DNA of 64,000 nucleotides from the human T2T-CHM13v2.0 reference genome, Homo sapiens. The stretch lies in NCBI RefSeq assembly GCF_009914755.1, contig NC_060928.1; one strand, written 5' to 3'. Below are positions 1-14,978 of the stretch, piece after piece (position 1 is the stretch's first letter; the number at the start of each line of letters is the position of its first letter). A model generated the notes under the pieces. It did not search any database, was not told the origin of the DNA, and worked only from the letters and a program-made list of their open reading frames with translations. Made by a program: the position numbers and the translations under genes.

Positions 1-9
1 CCACAACCA

Positions 10-150
10 TGTAAAATAAGTGTTTATTGTTCCTGTTTGACAGATTAAGAAAAAGAGGTTAAATAACCTGTTCAGGTTCACTCTACTATTAAGTAGCAGA
101 GTTTGGATGCACACTCAGGTATATTTGGTTTCAACTGTTCACACTATTCT
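10..150 (-). mobile_element. MIR SINE fragment
   Basis: Degenerate MIR core 'ttgacagattaagaaaaagaggttaaataacctgttcaggttcac...gtagcagagtttggat'; boundaries approximate. Confidence 0.6.
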
Positions 151-567
151 CTTCTAAACTACCTAATCTATTAAACAAAACTAGTATTCTAAAATAACTT
201 TCAGAAACATATTCAATATTTAGACTATGAAATCTAATTCTGTTTACATGTTGAGTGAGTTGAAACACTACAGTGTAGTGTTTACTGGCCCTCAAGTTAG
301 CAGAGAGAATCAGTCAAGGATCTGCCACTCACCGACTACATAGGTGTGGGCATTTCACTTCACTTCTCAATAGCTCAGTTTCCTTATTGCTAAAATGAGC
401 CAACAGTGACAGTAATCTTCAAATCGCTTTGCGTTTTCAAAAGCTATTCAGGGGCTTCACATATTTATCTCTCATATATAGCCATTTCTTCTGTTGCACA
501 AATCCCAGATACATCCCCAAATCTACAGGTTTAGGGGAACATATTTAAATCACGAATCAGCCTAAGA

Positions 568-726
568 CAAGGTCCAGTGCAGTCGGTTGTACAGTGTGAC
601 TACTGCACAAGTGTCTGGATGAGGCAGAAACTGAGGGCCTGAAATCCTTATCCCCAAAAATGAGTCAAACTGTGGACCTTTTCTACATTCCTGCATGGGG
701 TAGACACAGGCCAGACAGAGGCCCCG
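568..726. mobile_element. MER91-like hAT-Tip100 DNA transposon relic
   Basis: 'ggttgtacagtgtgactactgcacaag...gggcctgaaatcc...ccttttcta...ggccccg' resembles the MER91 consensus as I recall it. Confidence 0.45.
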
Positions 727-3700
727 AGTGACGCTCAAGGGACACATATCATAATAAAAGACTTGTTTGTCAAGGTTGGAAAAGGAAAGAAATGAAATAG
801 TCTTATTACTCATCTTCATTTTTTGGAACTTGAGGATGAACTACCTGTCTTGGAAGAGCCCAGCAAGGAACAGGGTCTTAATAAACTTGATGGAAGAATA
901 AACAGAGAAAAGAGGAGAAACTGTCAAAGAATGAGTGTGAAGGGAAAGCTGAAAGATAAAAGAGAGGAAGAGAGAGTTATTAAATGGAGCTATGAAGAAT
1001 ACACTAGTTTTCCTCCTCAATAATAATGGAAGAGGGAATAATGCCCCTTTCCCAAATAATAAGATTTAACCTCAGCAAATCCTGAGTTAAATCAAAAGAT
1101 AATTGGTCTTTACTATCAAATACTATTCAGCTAATATTAAAAACTCCCATTAAAAACCCGTTAAAAACTGAATTTTAGCATTAAATAACTGGTTTTCAGA
1201 GTTAAAATGTTAAAGGATTGAAACATACTCTCCTGCCCTTACTGTGGATTTTTTTTCCCTTTGCTTAATTTTTGTTGTTGTTACACCCAAGTTTTCCCAT
1301 AGCTCTCACCATATGAGGTCAACTTCTGTTTTCACAAACACTAGGAAAGCTGAATAATAATTACTCACAGTTTAAATTCCTTTCCAGAAACAATTCATTT
1401 AGAAAAAACAAAGGAAAAAAATTATGTATAATAACGGAAAATATAGTTCATCCAACATCCCGATAAGATAGGAACTCAAATAATATTTCAGTGGTGGGAT
1501 AAACTGTAAAGCAAACTACTCTCTGAGAAAAAAAAGAATAGAGACCTAAAATGAAGTAAATGGGTATGCAAGAAAAAGTGGCAAGTTTTAAGTGCTGAAA
1601 TGTACAGAAATACACATTTTCAAAAGTCTTAAAGCAGACACAAGTGAAAAATACAAGAATATTCTCTACCACTATTTGTACTCCATAGTTTTTACTGGCT
1701 ATCCACATACTTCTTCCCAGCACAAATAAACGCATTGTCCCTTTGAAAACACCTGCTAAAGATTTGAGTTTGTTCATTCACTAAAAAGCTTTTGTTAAAG
1801 TGCCTATTATGTGTCAAGACACTGAGCTAGGTGTTATGAAATCAAAGTTAAAATCTTACTTTGCAGCAGGGCATACAATGGGGGAAAATGGAAGGGTGTG
1901 ACTGGGGCTTTATTGTCAAAGTCTGATATGCTACAATTTTATGGTCTTGTGCTTCAAAGTTTCCTATTTCATCACTGCATCTGGAAAGTATACTATGTAT
2001 AATCCAGATTATTCTTCTACTTAATAGTTAACAGATTGCATGCTTCACAATTTAATAAAATCTATTCTCCCTTCACGAAGTATTCTAGAGTATAATGAAC
2101 ATTGCAGATACACAGAAGTACAATTAAAAGTAAAGCTCTAGTATATTATTTTCATGAGACAGCTTCTGAATCACATCTTGTGAATAATATTAAAAACTAG
2201 CATGGAGGCAAAGACAGAAGAGAATTAATCTCTTTAAAAATAACTAGATTTTGATAAAATCTCACCATTAAACTAAGTACATATTCTGTTTCACCTAGCT
2301 TTCAGTAGAAAAGCCTACAAGAAAATGTCACTTGTAATTTATTTCAAATGAGGTATTAAATTATATTATTCTCAACCATCCATGGTGAACAATAAAACTT
2401 TTATTCCTAGAAGCTCTATTTTTTTTAATTAAGGCAATCCTAAAAGTAGTCAACACCTAGAATAAAATGAATATTTTGAAACACATTACAGTCTTCAGTA
2501 CTGTCATCTTGGGAGAGGCTGGTTGACAAATTATATTCCATGTAACAATGCAGACTGATTTTCTAAAAGTATTGTTTAAATTGCAAAATGAAATGAGGGA
2601 ATTCAAACTCAAAAGATTTCTAAATTTCCTTCAATAATGAGATACACAAATGCATAGCTTTATAGTATTAAGAATGGAACTAACTTTACATGTAATTTGG
2701 CCAAATAAATGTTACTGAACGTCCATAATGATCATTTTCCATGAAGTTAAGTACTTAATCATAAGGTTTGATTAACACGCTCTGGTTTCTTGCACGCCAT
2801 GTCATCATTATAATCAGAAAACTGGAAGAACTTTGCTTCAATTAAGTGTAAAACAGATGATCACACTTAGGAAGAAAACATATTTAACTGCCACTTATAT
2901 AGTTGTTACAATACATACGAATATTTTCATATAAAGGAAATCAGATTTAGTGGCCTACTTTTTATAAAAGATGTTCACATTTTTCAAATCCTTTGAGACA
3001 AGGTCAGGGAACACTTTCTTAAAATAATTCTATGGATACCCAAAGCTTTCTTTTTCAGAATTACTTGACAGCACGTTTTTTTTTTTTTTATTTGTTTACT
3101 TTACTTAATAGCTAAAATAATGGTCAAATGAGAAGGGAAAAAATTAACCTGTTCCTTTTTTACCAAAACCATTTTTAGTTCTATTTGAATCTATCTCTTT
3201 ATAATCAAACTAAAATGTCTCTCAAATAACAGTATTAACACTAAATTTTATTTAACAGAATCACTGATGCATCTCAGCTAGAGATAAATGGATTTTAATA
3301 AAAAGATCTAGCTTTTCTGATGCTGAAAGAAAAATAAACTTATCTGGGTGCAACTGACACTAGGCAAACAGGTGTTTTTTGTTTGTTTGTTTTTCTTAAT
3401 TATTCTTCCTATCTGTTACATGCAAATGAAACAATTGGTTATTTTACTTCCCCAATTTCCTGATTCACCTGAGGACAGTGTCTGTTATCAAACAGCTCTC
3501 TTACACATTCTCTATCAATAACTGACATACACACACAGTCACACACAAAGGTTTATTCATTCACATTAAATTATGGCAGGTGTGCCAGTCACAGTTTTGC
3601 CTCCAAGTTTGCATTATAAAAATTTAAGCTAAGCCCAAATGAGCACCTTTGCCTTAAATTCCTCTTGTAGTTTTATTGAAACAGATTGTCCTATTTGAAT

Positions 3701-6700
3701 TAAATCATGAGAAAGTCCAACTATTCTGTTTCTAGCCACTTTACATGAGTATTTTAACAGAAATTCCAGTGAATAGAATTTTTATTATCAAAAATTATGT
3801 CAAAGTAGAGTTGAACAATTCTAAGCAAAAATCATTCATATTATAATTTGGTAAGAGAAAGACTTCCAAATTCCTCCTATGAAATGACTTGCTTCCATAG
3901 ATTCTAAGTTTCACATATACTTTTCATTAGTTACCAAGTGGTAGGAAGAACTAATTCCAAGTGTACATTGTGTAAAGTGTTAAATTTTGTGATAGAAAGA
4001 GTAACAGACGGCCATAAAAAAGCAGCCACGCTATAGTGCCTCTTCCAAGGGACTCACATGGAATTATATGAAATATATAGTTGCCTCTGTAGTGCTATGT
4101 ACAGAAATAAGTAAGTCTATCCCTATGAATTGCTTAGTAAAATGATATTTTACATCTATTTCAAATGTTTCTAACTCTGTCAGATCTGACATATTCTAGG
4201 TCATATCACTTAAAAGTTTGTTTAAAATAAAACGCATATTTGAGAAGTAAACAGCATTCTAGTTGGCTTCCCTTCACAGATGCAAGAATTTAAAAACAAC
4301 CACAATTCCCAACTGGAATTCTGAGAATTCCATTCACTTCGCTAAAAAACAAAACAAAACAAAATAAAAAAGAATATATAAGAAGAAATTATTCTAAACA
4401 GACTACTTTATTGAAAAACCACATAAAAAATTCAAGTCCAACACCAGCAATGGGCACACAGAAATGTAAGGCATATTCATGGTTCGTGAATGTCAATCTT
4501 AAGGATGACTGCATATATATAATCATATTTACAACTCCAAAACATACTTATTGTACAAAAATAATATATAACAGCATCGTTTAGTAACTTTTCTGTTTCA
4601 AGAAACAAAATACTCTTCCCTCTAAAAGAAATGTATGGCTTATTCGCTATCTGGTAGCTGAGATAACTGAAAGTTCACACGTGTTCTTTCTTATAGATTG
4701 CATTCTTAATATTACCCAAACACACTTAAAAATAGGAGATATCAAATCAGTAAGAGATATCTAACAAATATTTAACTTGTTTTTGTTTTCTTTAGAGATC
4801 TATTGAATTTTTCTTATTACTTCTCATAAATATAAAATAACTTGTATTTAAATTTGAAACCCAGATTATAAATGCATTCTAAAAATACTTTAAATCATTG
4901 CAATCATTTATCAAGCTTTTTAAGACCACTGGAAAAATCACTGCTTTGTTCATATATATTATTTTAGGAATTTTATGAAGTTAACAGTTTTGCCCTTATG
5001 ACAAACACATTGTTCTTTTCCTTTAGTTAGGAGAGAAAGTCATTTAATTTCAAATATATATGTGAGAACCACATGATAATATAAGTGGACGCAATTCATT
5101 TCCCCACAGAATCAGATATCTCAGTTTGTAAAACTTTCCACCCTCAACTCCACCTCAAATACACATTAAAAATACATTCAATAACAATGGTATGCCATAA
5201 TTGTTCTTTTTAGCCATTGTTTTTTTCCAGTCCATAGATACAATAATACACAAAAGATTAACTTCATTTTTCTTTCAATTCTGTGTGTTTAAGTGTACTA
5301 GAGGAAGGGTACACCTTATATTTTTTAAATTGCCCAACATTACATATGGAAATCTGATTATTTTTCCCAATTGTTATTTTATTCCAAGGTCATAACTATC
5401 TATTGGCAGGTATCCAGGAATGGATGATTCATTGCACTGATGAAAATGTGTTTCATAAAAATATCATTTACATCAAAGATAGGCCAATCGTACAAGGATA
5501 GTATGAGGATCTACTCTTAATCAATAAATACAAATATGAACGAACTTTCATTAAAAAGGAATATGCTTTAGCCTATGTAAACATATTCATTTTTGCTCCA
5601 GTATATCTGATGAAAGCTATGTCCTACACTGAAACACAGTTATCAAGAGCTAGATTAGCTGCAAAGACACAAGTTAAAATTTAATTATCCATGCCAATCA
5701 TGCAGGTCAGTGGTGCACTTAATCCAAAAATCATTTGTATGTGAAAGATAGACATTTGGGTATCTCTGACAGTCTATTAATGCACATTACTTTCAATAAA
5801 TTACAGAAGTCATTGTGAAAGGTCTACTTAGGTCTATTTGCCCAAGCTGTCAAACCTGTCAAACTATTCACATTAACTCCTGCACTTCCCCCATGAAGAA
5901 ATGAACTAAGTAGTTTCCTAGACTAATGGAAAGACTGGCTTAAATTTGACCTTGGCTCTCTTTATAATTAGCTAATTGATTCCCTAGGTGAGAGAGGTAA
6001 TTAACTTACTGATTCAGAACTTCCTTAGGAAAGAAATGTAACTATCTCACTTAAAAGGGCTTTCCTTGTTCCCTCAGACCTAATGCAATCTCAGATTTAG
6101 ATAGAAATCATAACTTATAAAATTGTTTCAAACATATTAAACTCCTTGGCTCTGCCAAACAGCCCAGTGACTTAGTTTAGGTCAGAGACCTCTAAGGCAC
6201 AGACAGGGTAAGTGATATTGGCAAAATCATCATTCCACTTACCAAGAAAACAAAATGAGAATTAAGGTTTCCTGACTCTTAATTTAGTTCTCTTCCCCTG
6301 ATTCCACAATTACATCTCCATAAGACTGTTATAGCAATATTTATAGTACAGTGGTATTTCAATGTGGGATATTGTATTTGCAAAGCAAATCTGGACACAC
6401 ATATGAAAGCATTCATTCCAACCTTCCCTTTAAAAAGAAACATTTTTCTCGCCAATCTCCTTCCATAAACCAAACTAATGCTTTTATAAAATACGTAAAT
6501 GAAAACTGAAAACTTCATAACTTCAGTGTATAATTACTTAATATCATTATAACAGCAACGCTCTGGAAACCACATATAATTTTTAAATCTAAAATAATCT
6601 CTCATTCAACAGGCAAAAAATAGAGAAAATAAACTTCAATATAAACATCTCTTAAAATAAGAAATGTATATTCTTCTGAAGTACCAGAAAAGTCAACAGT

Positions 6701-6884
6701 CTCCAATCTTTTTTAAATACAAACCTATAAAACCATTCCAAGAGGGGAAAAAAATTAAAGGGAAAACAAAATTTGGGGCTAATTAGCACTAATACTCTAA
6801 ATTAAACTAAAATTATGAAAACACCAAAAATTGAAATGACTTCTAATAACATAAAAGGTGTGAAGCACAGTTACAGACTCATGT

Positions 6885-7017
6885 TGGGTGACCACAAATT
6901 TATCATTAAAACCAGGACACTATGAGGAATGAAAGGGGTGCTATTAATAATTACACTGGGACAGCAGGCATAAATCGTTACTGTCCTGGGAATAAAACAG
7001 GACATATGGCCACTCTA
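6885..7017 (+). mobile_element. MER94 (hAT-Blackjack) non-autonomous DNA transposon
   Basis: TIR-like ends 'gggtgacca'/'tggccactct'; internal 'aatttatcat..aaaccaggacac...gaaaggggtgctattaataattac'. Confidence 0.8.
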
Positions 7018-7599
7018 ATTATATGTCTTTACCAGCTGGATTTTTTAAAGGATTCCTAAGCATCTTGGTTTTGAGATGCTTTTGGCTTTTTAGGTCAAAA
7101 TTATTTTTTCTTTCATTCTGTTGTACCCCTACTCCTCCTTTCCAATCCAGGAAAATATCAGTCAAGGCCCTTTACTCCTTCTTCTCTGCATTTCTTATCA
7201 TTTCTATTAATTGAGGTGAGAAATTTTTATTAGTCTGAAAATCTCCTTTAAAAGCTATTACTTCTACAATAGCTTTATGACATCTGTATTTCCATTTCAA
7301 AATGTCATTGCTAGAGCTCCAAGGAGAAAGACAGCAGCAGCAGGCTGGTTTCTGCCTAAACCTACACTAACACACTGTTGTATATTTGAAATCACCTGAA
7401 GCTGGACTTTGAAAAACCTGCCGTAGCTAATTTGAGGTATGTGTGTTACAAATATAAAGTCTTCTGAAATTCAATATTCTGAATAAATAAGGAAATCGGG
7501 GCAGGGGGGATGGTGCAGAAGAACTGGCCAATACTATAAATAAGTTTCATTACACAAAGCATGGTTAGGGTTTCCAAAGACATCTTCAGTAACTCTTAA

Positions 7600-8137
7600 T
7601 GCTCAAAGCTGTCCAGTGGTTTCTCACCTCCTTCAGAGAAAAGCCAAAGCCCTCACAAGGTATTCTATGATCTTCCTCACTCCCCACACACAATGCCTCT
7701 TTTGCCCTCTTCTGCTTTCCCACCTATTTCACTCTGCACCAGTCAACCCAACTCTCCTCTCCGAAATTCCCAGCAGACACACCCCTGCCTCGGAGATTTG
7801 GGATTTGATGTGGTTAGAACACTTAACCCCATGGAAGTACTCAGCTGCTCCCTCACCCCCTTTAGGTCTTCCTACAAAAGTTACTGTTCTGAGACTTTCC
7901 CTAACCACCCTGTTTTAAATGGAACATCTCCCAGCACAACTCCTTTTCCTTTCTAGCTTTACTTTTCCCCATACAATCACTATTTGATTTATAATTTATC
8001 TTTTTTCTGTCACTAGAATGGAAGCTTCATGAGCATGAAGATATTATTAAATATGCTCACTTTTGTATCACCAGTGACTAGAAAAATGACTGACACTTTA
8101 AAAAGGGCTCAACAAATATTTGTTGAATAAATGAATA
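7600..8137 (+). mobile_element. L2 LINE 3' end
   Basis: 'cactagaatggaagcttcatgag...ctcaacaaatatttgttgaataaatgaat' is the typical L2a terminus. Confidence 0.8.
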
Positions 8138-9886
8138 AGCTAATAATCTAAGAAATGTAACCATTAAATGAATAAAGCCTAAAAAAAGTCTCGTGATCTG
8201 GAACAACAGTAATAAATAGTTCTTTACAAGCCTTGGTTACCAAGAGATGATTTAAAATTCATAGTTCAAATGACCATTTTGCAAATGTCCCTTTAGGTAT
8301 CTTTGAAATACACAGTTATTTGGATTTTAAATAATTTATTGGTTCCAGAATGCTGGTATCAGTTACGGGCACAGCAAATTAGGATTTTATGTTTAAGGAT
8401 AGTTCTAAAAGCAATGGTAAACAGAGATTTTCTGGCAGTTAAGAGAAATTTAAAATAGAAAAAGTAAAGGTGTCTTTGTGTATTGTATACATAAAATATA
8501 CTTAAGAAATGATATGATGACTACTAATAGGAAAAGAACGACTTTCCTTTTTCTTCTCTAAAACATCTGGGATACAGGTAGATTTAATACTGGCTACTTT
8601 GTGTCAATGTACTTTAAAAAGCAAATATCAATATGTGAAACAGAGGCAATCAAGTTATCAGTTTCTCAATAAAGATGAACATTTGTGTTTCAGTGTGGGG
8701 AGTAAGAAACATGATGAGCATGACAAAACCTGTATTTCCTTTTAATAGAAAATAGTTATGGAAAATAAACTGTTACACAATATGGTCATGATAGTAATGC
8801 TGACATCCCTGAAAATTTGAATCTAATATTAAAGTAATATTATTCTTCTTTCTACATGACAAAAACCTTATAGATATAGGCCCTAGTAGGAAGGTCTTTA
8901 ACACTAGTGAACAGATCTGTGCTGAAACACCTCTGCCAAGACCTAAATCTGTGATATCTGTGAACTATTCAGGACTCCAGGCTTCTTGCAATCTTCCCTA
9001 GTTTCCAGTTACAGACATGCACACATATAGGTACTTGCGCACACCTGTCTCCTTCCTTTCTCCACCCTAGTTGTTGTCATATCCAGCACCTGGCAAAATT
9101 TCCTAAAAGTGACAAAACAGGAAAAATGCAGAACCTCCTGATATTGAAATGGTTACATGTTTCAATAACCCAGGCTTCTGTGCAATACGTAGTGCATATT
9201 TGTAACACAAATGGTCTAAGTCAGAGGCTGCAGACTACTGATACATAAAAAAGTTTTGCTACCTGAAGGAGTCTCTATAAAGATCCTTTCAACAGCTGTC
9301 AAAAAAACGAAAAAAGTTCTAACTCAGTAAATTCATCAATTCAGTTCATGGTATAACTGAATTGAAGTTCCAAATGCACAACTGTGTTTCTTGTATTCAT
9401 ACTATGGCTACTGGGAAGTCCTTGAAACCTGGCACATCCTTTACAAGTAACATTTTTACTCAAAGATCTTACAGGAATTTCTTTTTTTTTCATATGAAGC
9501 CTAAGACTTCAAAATGTACAGACATCCTATTTACAATGGCCTCTCAGAGTTAAATCTCTCATGTAAGAACATGATTCATTCACCTCTGCATTCATGGTGT
9601 CTTCTAATATAAATGCTTGAAGAATACTGATATCATGAAACACTATCACTTCAAGCAGAGAAAAGAGAACAGATTTACAACCACAAACATGTCCATGGTT
9701 CAGCATAATTATTTTTTTATATGATGGACACGACGCAGTACTGCAGGTACAAATGTTTATAGTTCTTTTGCAATTAAACATGATCTACTTTAAATAAGCA
9801 TTCCAAAAATAAAACAAATGTGGCTCTATTGATAGGTTCAATGTTGAAAACACAGATGTCTATAGCGTAATGGTAGGTAGGTGTGT

Positions 9887-9920
9887 ACATACACACATAC
9901 ATACATACATACATACACAT
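9887..9920. repeat. (TACA)n/(CA)n microsatellite
   Basis: 'acatacacacatacatacatacatacatacacat'. Confidence 0.85.
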
Positions 9921-10332
9921 AAATGACATTTAATAAAGACAACACATGTATGGAGAAACAGAAAACACAACACAATTAAATTTCGATTAGGAAAATGAAT
10001 CCTCATCAATTTCCTAAGGAATTCACTGGATTATAATTTAAAGTTCAACTAAATCTTTCTTTTCTGTTTGACCACTGCTTTTTCTTCATAATCTGCTACG
10101 TCTCCCCTCTTGTTTTATATACTAAATTATGTAGTATTATCACATATAGGAGTACAATTGTTGATCAACTCTCTTTTTCTTATTCTATACTACAGGAGTT
10201 GAAAAGGAAATGTACCTGGCACATAGAAGGCCATTCAATTTAATTTTAACTTCTCTTCCTCATGTTTCAATCACACTAGTGGTGCTTAGAGGAGAGTGAA
10301 CAGAACTTCTCTCATCATCCAACAGGCCTTTT

Positions 10333-10779
10333 CTTTTTTTAAAAAACTTTTATTTTTGTTTTAGGGGTACATGTGTAGGTTTGTTATACAGATAAATTCA
10401 TGTTGCAGGGGGTTGGTGTACAGATTATGTCGTCATCCAGGTAATAAGCACAGTACCCAATAGGTAGTTTTTCAATCCTCACCCTCCTCCCCACCACCTT
10501 CAAGTAGGCCCTGGTGTCCATTGCTCCCTTCTATGTGTCCATGTGTACTCAATGTTTAGCTCCCACTTATGAGAACATGCAGTATTTGGTTTTCTGTTCC
10601 TGCATTAATTCATTTAGGATAATGTTCTCCAGCTCCATCCATGTACCCATGTTGCTACAAAGCTCATGTCTCATTCTTTTTTCCTGGCTGCATAGTATTC
10701 CATGGTGTTTATTTATCACATTTTCTTTATTCAGTCTACCAGTGATGGGGATCTAGGTTGACTTCATGTCTTTGCTATG
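10333..10779 (-). mobile_element. 5'-truncated L1 3' end (old L1PA, about L1PA15-16) with TSD
   Basis: T-tail then 'ttaggggtacatgtgtaggtttgttatac...tttagctcccacttatgagaacatg'; 12-bp TSD aacaggcctttt at 10321-10332 and 10780-10791. Confidence 0.9.
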
Positions 10780-12007
10780 AACAGGCCTTTTAAAGGGGAT
10801 TCTCTCTTCAATGATTCAAGCTACCCATGATGGAATAAAGTTAAGTTCTATGGCACATAAAATCTAATATGACAAATAATTTAAATAAATGCAAAATCAT
10901 TTTTCTAAGTAGACAACAAATATTGAAAACACTTATGTTTCAACGAATGTTTCATGATATAAATTCTCTATTGTCATCTAAACAGAACTCTCTTTGAAAT
11001 CACCATGAGACTGCTCTTTCAGAGTATACTTTCAGAGACTCTGCTATTTAACTATAATAATTCTGCATTTCTGAGCAAAAATTATTGAGGTGCTAATATG
11101 TGAAGTTTTATGAGAATTAAATCACAATTCAAAATTATGAACACATAGCATCCATAGCATATAAATTTTTATATAATTTAATTTAAATATAAACCATTTC
11201 AATCTTAGACATGGAAACTTAATAACCAAACAAATGACATTAGAGTCTTGATTAAAGGCACCATGCAAAATGGAATTTTACATTTTCTTTTTTCAAATTA
11301 TTTTAATTTGGGACTCTCATTCAGTTCTTGAGAAATCACAACAAAATATCTCCATGCATATTTAGGGAAAAAAAATCTTTCATAAAAAAGGGGCTTTTCT
11401 TTCCTGCCAAAAAAATAATTTTTGTGGATTAGAGGCATGTACTGCAATTCACAAACAGCCAACTATCAAAGATTTTAACTTTGGAATGGGGTAGGGACAG
11501 GGAACCTAATAGAAGTGAACTCTATCCCCCTCTTCTTAATTAATTGCCAGGGAACAACAGTCAATGGCAAATAAATGACTGTGAAAGAGCCATTTCATTA
11601 GAAAAGATCTGGAAGTAAATACAAACTCTACAAAGATAACCTCCACCAGAAAGTTTAGTTGGTGCTGTCCCAGTAGATACTGGTTTTGATTTTCCAATTA
11701 ATAAAATGTGAGGGACTGTTTTGAGAATTCATTTTTGATTGGACAACCAGCATGCAAACTCCTGTCACTCTACTTAGCACTAAAACAATAAGCTGTTTCT
11801 ACAGTATTATTATATGGGTTTGCAAATAACTGCAGTGTAAAATAAAATGATCAGCAGTTTAATAAGTAAATTATATCTCTTCAATAGGTGCTGCAGGTGG
11901 TACAAGAACACAAAACATTTTTTAGGGACCAATCGAAAAAGAATTCAATACAACCTAAGTGACAACTTGAACACGACAAGTGTAATACAACTTTTATTCA
12001 TTATTTT

Positions 12008-12029
12008 ACACACACACACACACACACAC
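12008..12029. repeat. (CA)n microsatellite
   Basis: Direct reading, about 11 units. Confidence 0.95.
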
Positions 12030-13227
12030 CAAACTACATTAAAAGAAAAATGCCTTGTGGTTTTGAATGGAATTTCAACTGTCCAGCCCCAAAGCTAAGA
12101 CAGCTTGAGTCTCCAGGCTGGGTCTAAGAAGCCAGCTATCTATACAAGGTTCTGGATGCTGCTGATTCCTCTGTACAAAGAAAGTGAATATTCTTCAGAA
12201 TTTAATTACCAAGTATATAAGAATCAGATAAACATTCTAGCAAAAGTGTATAATTTTATGATAGCCTCTTCTCTCTAAAAGTTCTTGTACTTTTCAAGAA
12301 CTGTATTTGCTTCCTATTTTGATCTATTTATTCTTTGCAAAAGTAAACCCTGACTTGAAGAAACAACTAGGGAGTTTGGCAGTATGGTATTGGGTGAAAA
12401 AAAAAATGAATCAAAAGGCAGCATTAGTATAAATTGAGCTCTTAGGAGTCAGTCTCCACTATAACCCTTGGGCCAAATGTTGAGTTAACTGTTCCCTTCT
12501 GTACTGTACATATTCCCAGTTTCATCCACAATGGAGAGGGTGAAAAGGGCAGTAGGAATGGGGAGAGGTAGAAAAGGAGGAAATCAAAAGGTAGACAGTG
12601 CTTTGTGAGTAGCAGTTGTTTTTAAGGCAAATAGGGCAAAAAGAAAAGTGAGATAGTAACGAAAAAAATTGTGAAAGGATAGAAGAAAATGCCCAAGAGA
12701 TTGGAAAAAGAGAGAGAGATATTAAAAAGAAGAAAAAACTATATTTGGAACCATTTATCACCAGTATTGAGATACATAAAGAGAGGTGGCTAGATAAATA
12801 CAGTTCCTTCTTTATTAAAAAATGTTTTTTGTTTAAGGTCTCAGAACTCACAACAGTGTGATTCCATGAGATCTGGATTATTTTTTAATCTATTTTGCAG
12901 CAGAATCATAAATGCCTCAATAATTCATAAACCTTAAGTTCTAATATTTAGAAGCATTTAGTCATACGTCTAGAAATTTTTAATATGTCAACCAGATTTT
13001 TCTTCTTTACAAATATCTCTAAAATTCTATCCATCCCCACCTGCAATTCCTAATTTTTGGGCCAACATCACCTCTACTTGAATTACATTTTTCACAGACT
13101 TTATATCATTAATTTTTGTATCTTTAAAATAAAAAAAAATCACCAATAACCTTATAACTTATCATCAATTGCATCTCAATTTCAGAGGTGGAGGAAAATA
13201 TTGTTCATTTTTAAATGTATGAATCTA

Positions 13228-13350
13228 CAGCTGCAGCGAGCCATGATAACACCACCGCTCTTCAGCCTGGGTGACAGAGAGAGAGACCCGTTTCAAATAA
13301 ATAAATACATAAATAAACAAACAAACTAAATAAATAAATAAAATAAAAAA
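13228..13350 (+). mobile_element. Alu 3' fragment (AluJ/FRAM-like) with (TAAA)n tail
   Basis: 'gctgcagcgagccatgat...cagcctgggtgacagag' followed by an A-rich tail. Confidence 0.85.
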
Positions 13351-13769
13351 TGAATAAAGCCTCCCAACTGTGTGTCTGCTTCCTGTCTCATCTCCCAACT
13401 TACCCACTCCATCCTTTACTCTGCCATATAAATTACCTGCCTGTAATAGCACCTCCGAGCTAAAAGGTCACTGTGTCTTCCTTCTGCCTGCATAGGTAAA
13501 GTCTAAATTACATATTACTAGAATAGCACGCAAAGATTTTCACAAACAGAACCCAATCTGCTTTCTAGTCTCACCTTCTGCCACTCCTACATCATACCTC
13601 TATCCTGAAGACACAATGAGGATTTCTACTTTTCCTGAATACATCACAATCGTTTCAAGACTTTCTGTGTATTCTCTGAACTATTTAACTGTCTCCTTTT
13701 CCCTCCTCATCTAGGAAAATTTTACTCATACCTCATAATCTGTCTTTCATGAATCACTTTCAAAATGCA

Positions 13770-13930
13770 AAGTCATTCCAGGGTACACATGGGTATGGAT
13801 GATTTCACAGGAATCAATTTCCAGATCCACGATTTTCAATTCTCCTCTTTCCTACAACTACCTCCTTCAGAATGCTCTTTTTGACCACTCTTCTTTCCCA
13901 CCTCCACTTGCTCTTTCACAAATGATCTTC
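13770..13930. mobile_element. MER113-like hAT-Charlie relic
   Basis: 'gggtacacatgggtatggatgatttcacaggaatcaatttccagatcc' resembles MER113 as I recall it. Confidence 0.5.
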
Positions 13931-14941
13931 TCCAGGTTACAAATCTTACAATGATGCACTGGCCAGGGCTTAAAAACTCCTGAGCACCAAGCAACTGGAG
14001 ACAACTGAGAGCTTTCCTCTAGGGGGAGAATTCTGTAAGAGCAAAGCAAGAAATGGGGAAGGCAGCAGTTTTTAGTTTATCAGGCCGCTAACTAGAGAAC
14101 AGACTCCATGATTTTATCTGTAAGTCAGACTATTTATCAATGAGTCCATTTATCTTAGAATTAGGAATCAGAAATGAGATGCTAGGGAAGGAGGTATAGT
14201 TAGTTTATTTAAACTGAAAAAGGAAGTCATACTTTTTCTTACTCAAGTTAAGTCTCATTTGACTTATTGATTTGACAAATGAAGACTAGCTTTTGTAATG
14301 AGAGAATGTGGTGGGCATTTTCCAATTTGAACGAAAGTGACTATAGAAGGCTTTGATGAAAAAAATACATATAAATGCTTAAGGCAAATATATACCATAA
14401 GAAAGAAATTGTATCCTTTACAAATGCATTATAACACATATCTTGCTGCAAATACTTGATATTTGTCTGTGTCCCTCCATGAGATCATGACTAACTTATG
14501 AAACAAAATGTATGTTAGTGATTTCTTATTCATTTAAATATCTCACTTATTCTGATTGTTCAGTAAATTTCTGCTGGACTATTGGATCAGTCAGAGCTAC
14601 AATTAAATCTCCTTGTTAAAAATTCCTATTAAAACACAGTAGTATTCAAACTGCTGAATAAATAAAACAAACCCTCCCAATCATAAGTATTCATTCTCAT
14701 TCCTCCCTGTGAACTCCCACTGAATATTACCAGTAACTCAGCATTCTGTGCTGAAAATATTACCTAAGTACATCTCATATTTTCTATAAGATATAAGCTC
14801 CCCAAGATCAAGACCATCATCAAATTGACCTCTGTCATCACCTCAGCACCTAAACCCTACTTGACCTTTTAAAATGAATTAATAATTTAAAATAACATCA
14901 GCCTTTGCTCTTTAAAACACTGATACCTAATTTAATCTTAC

Positions 14942-14978
14942 TGCTCTGTGTTTTGGCTCAGGATACAGAGGGTAATTC
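14942..14978 (-). other. Candidate 37-nt internal exon
   Basis: On - strand: branch-like TACTGAC (15005-14999), tract tttttttctttttAG, exon GAATTACC...CAGAGCA, donor GTAAGA. Confidence 0.3.

Noticed and set aside
8109-8126. Perfect 18-bp palindrome tcaacaaatatttgttga, repeated at 24206-24223
   Set aside because: Common form of the L2 3' terminus; explained by the repeat family.
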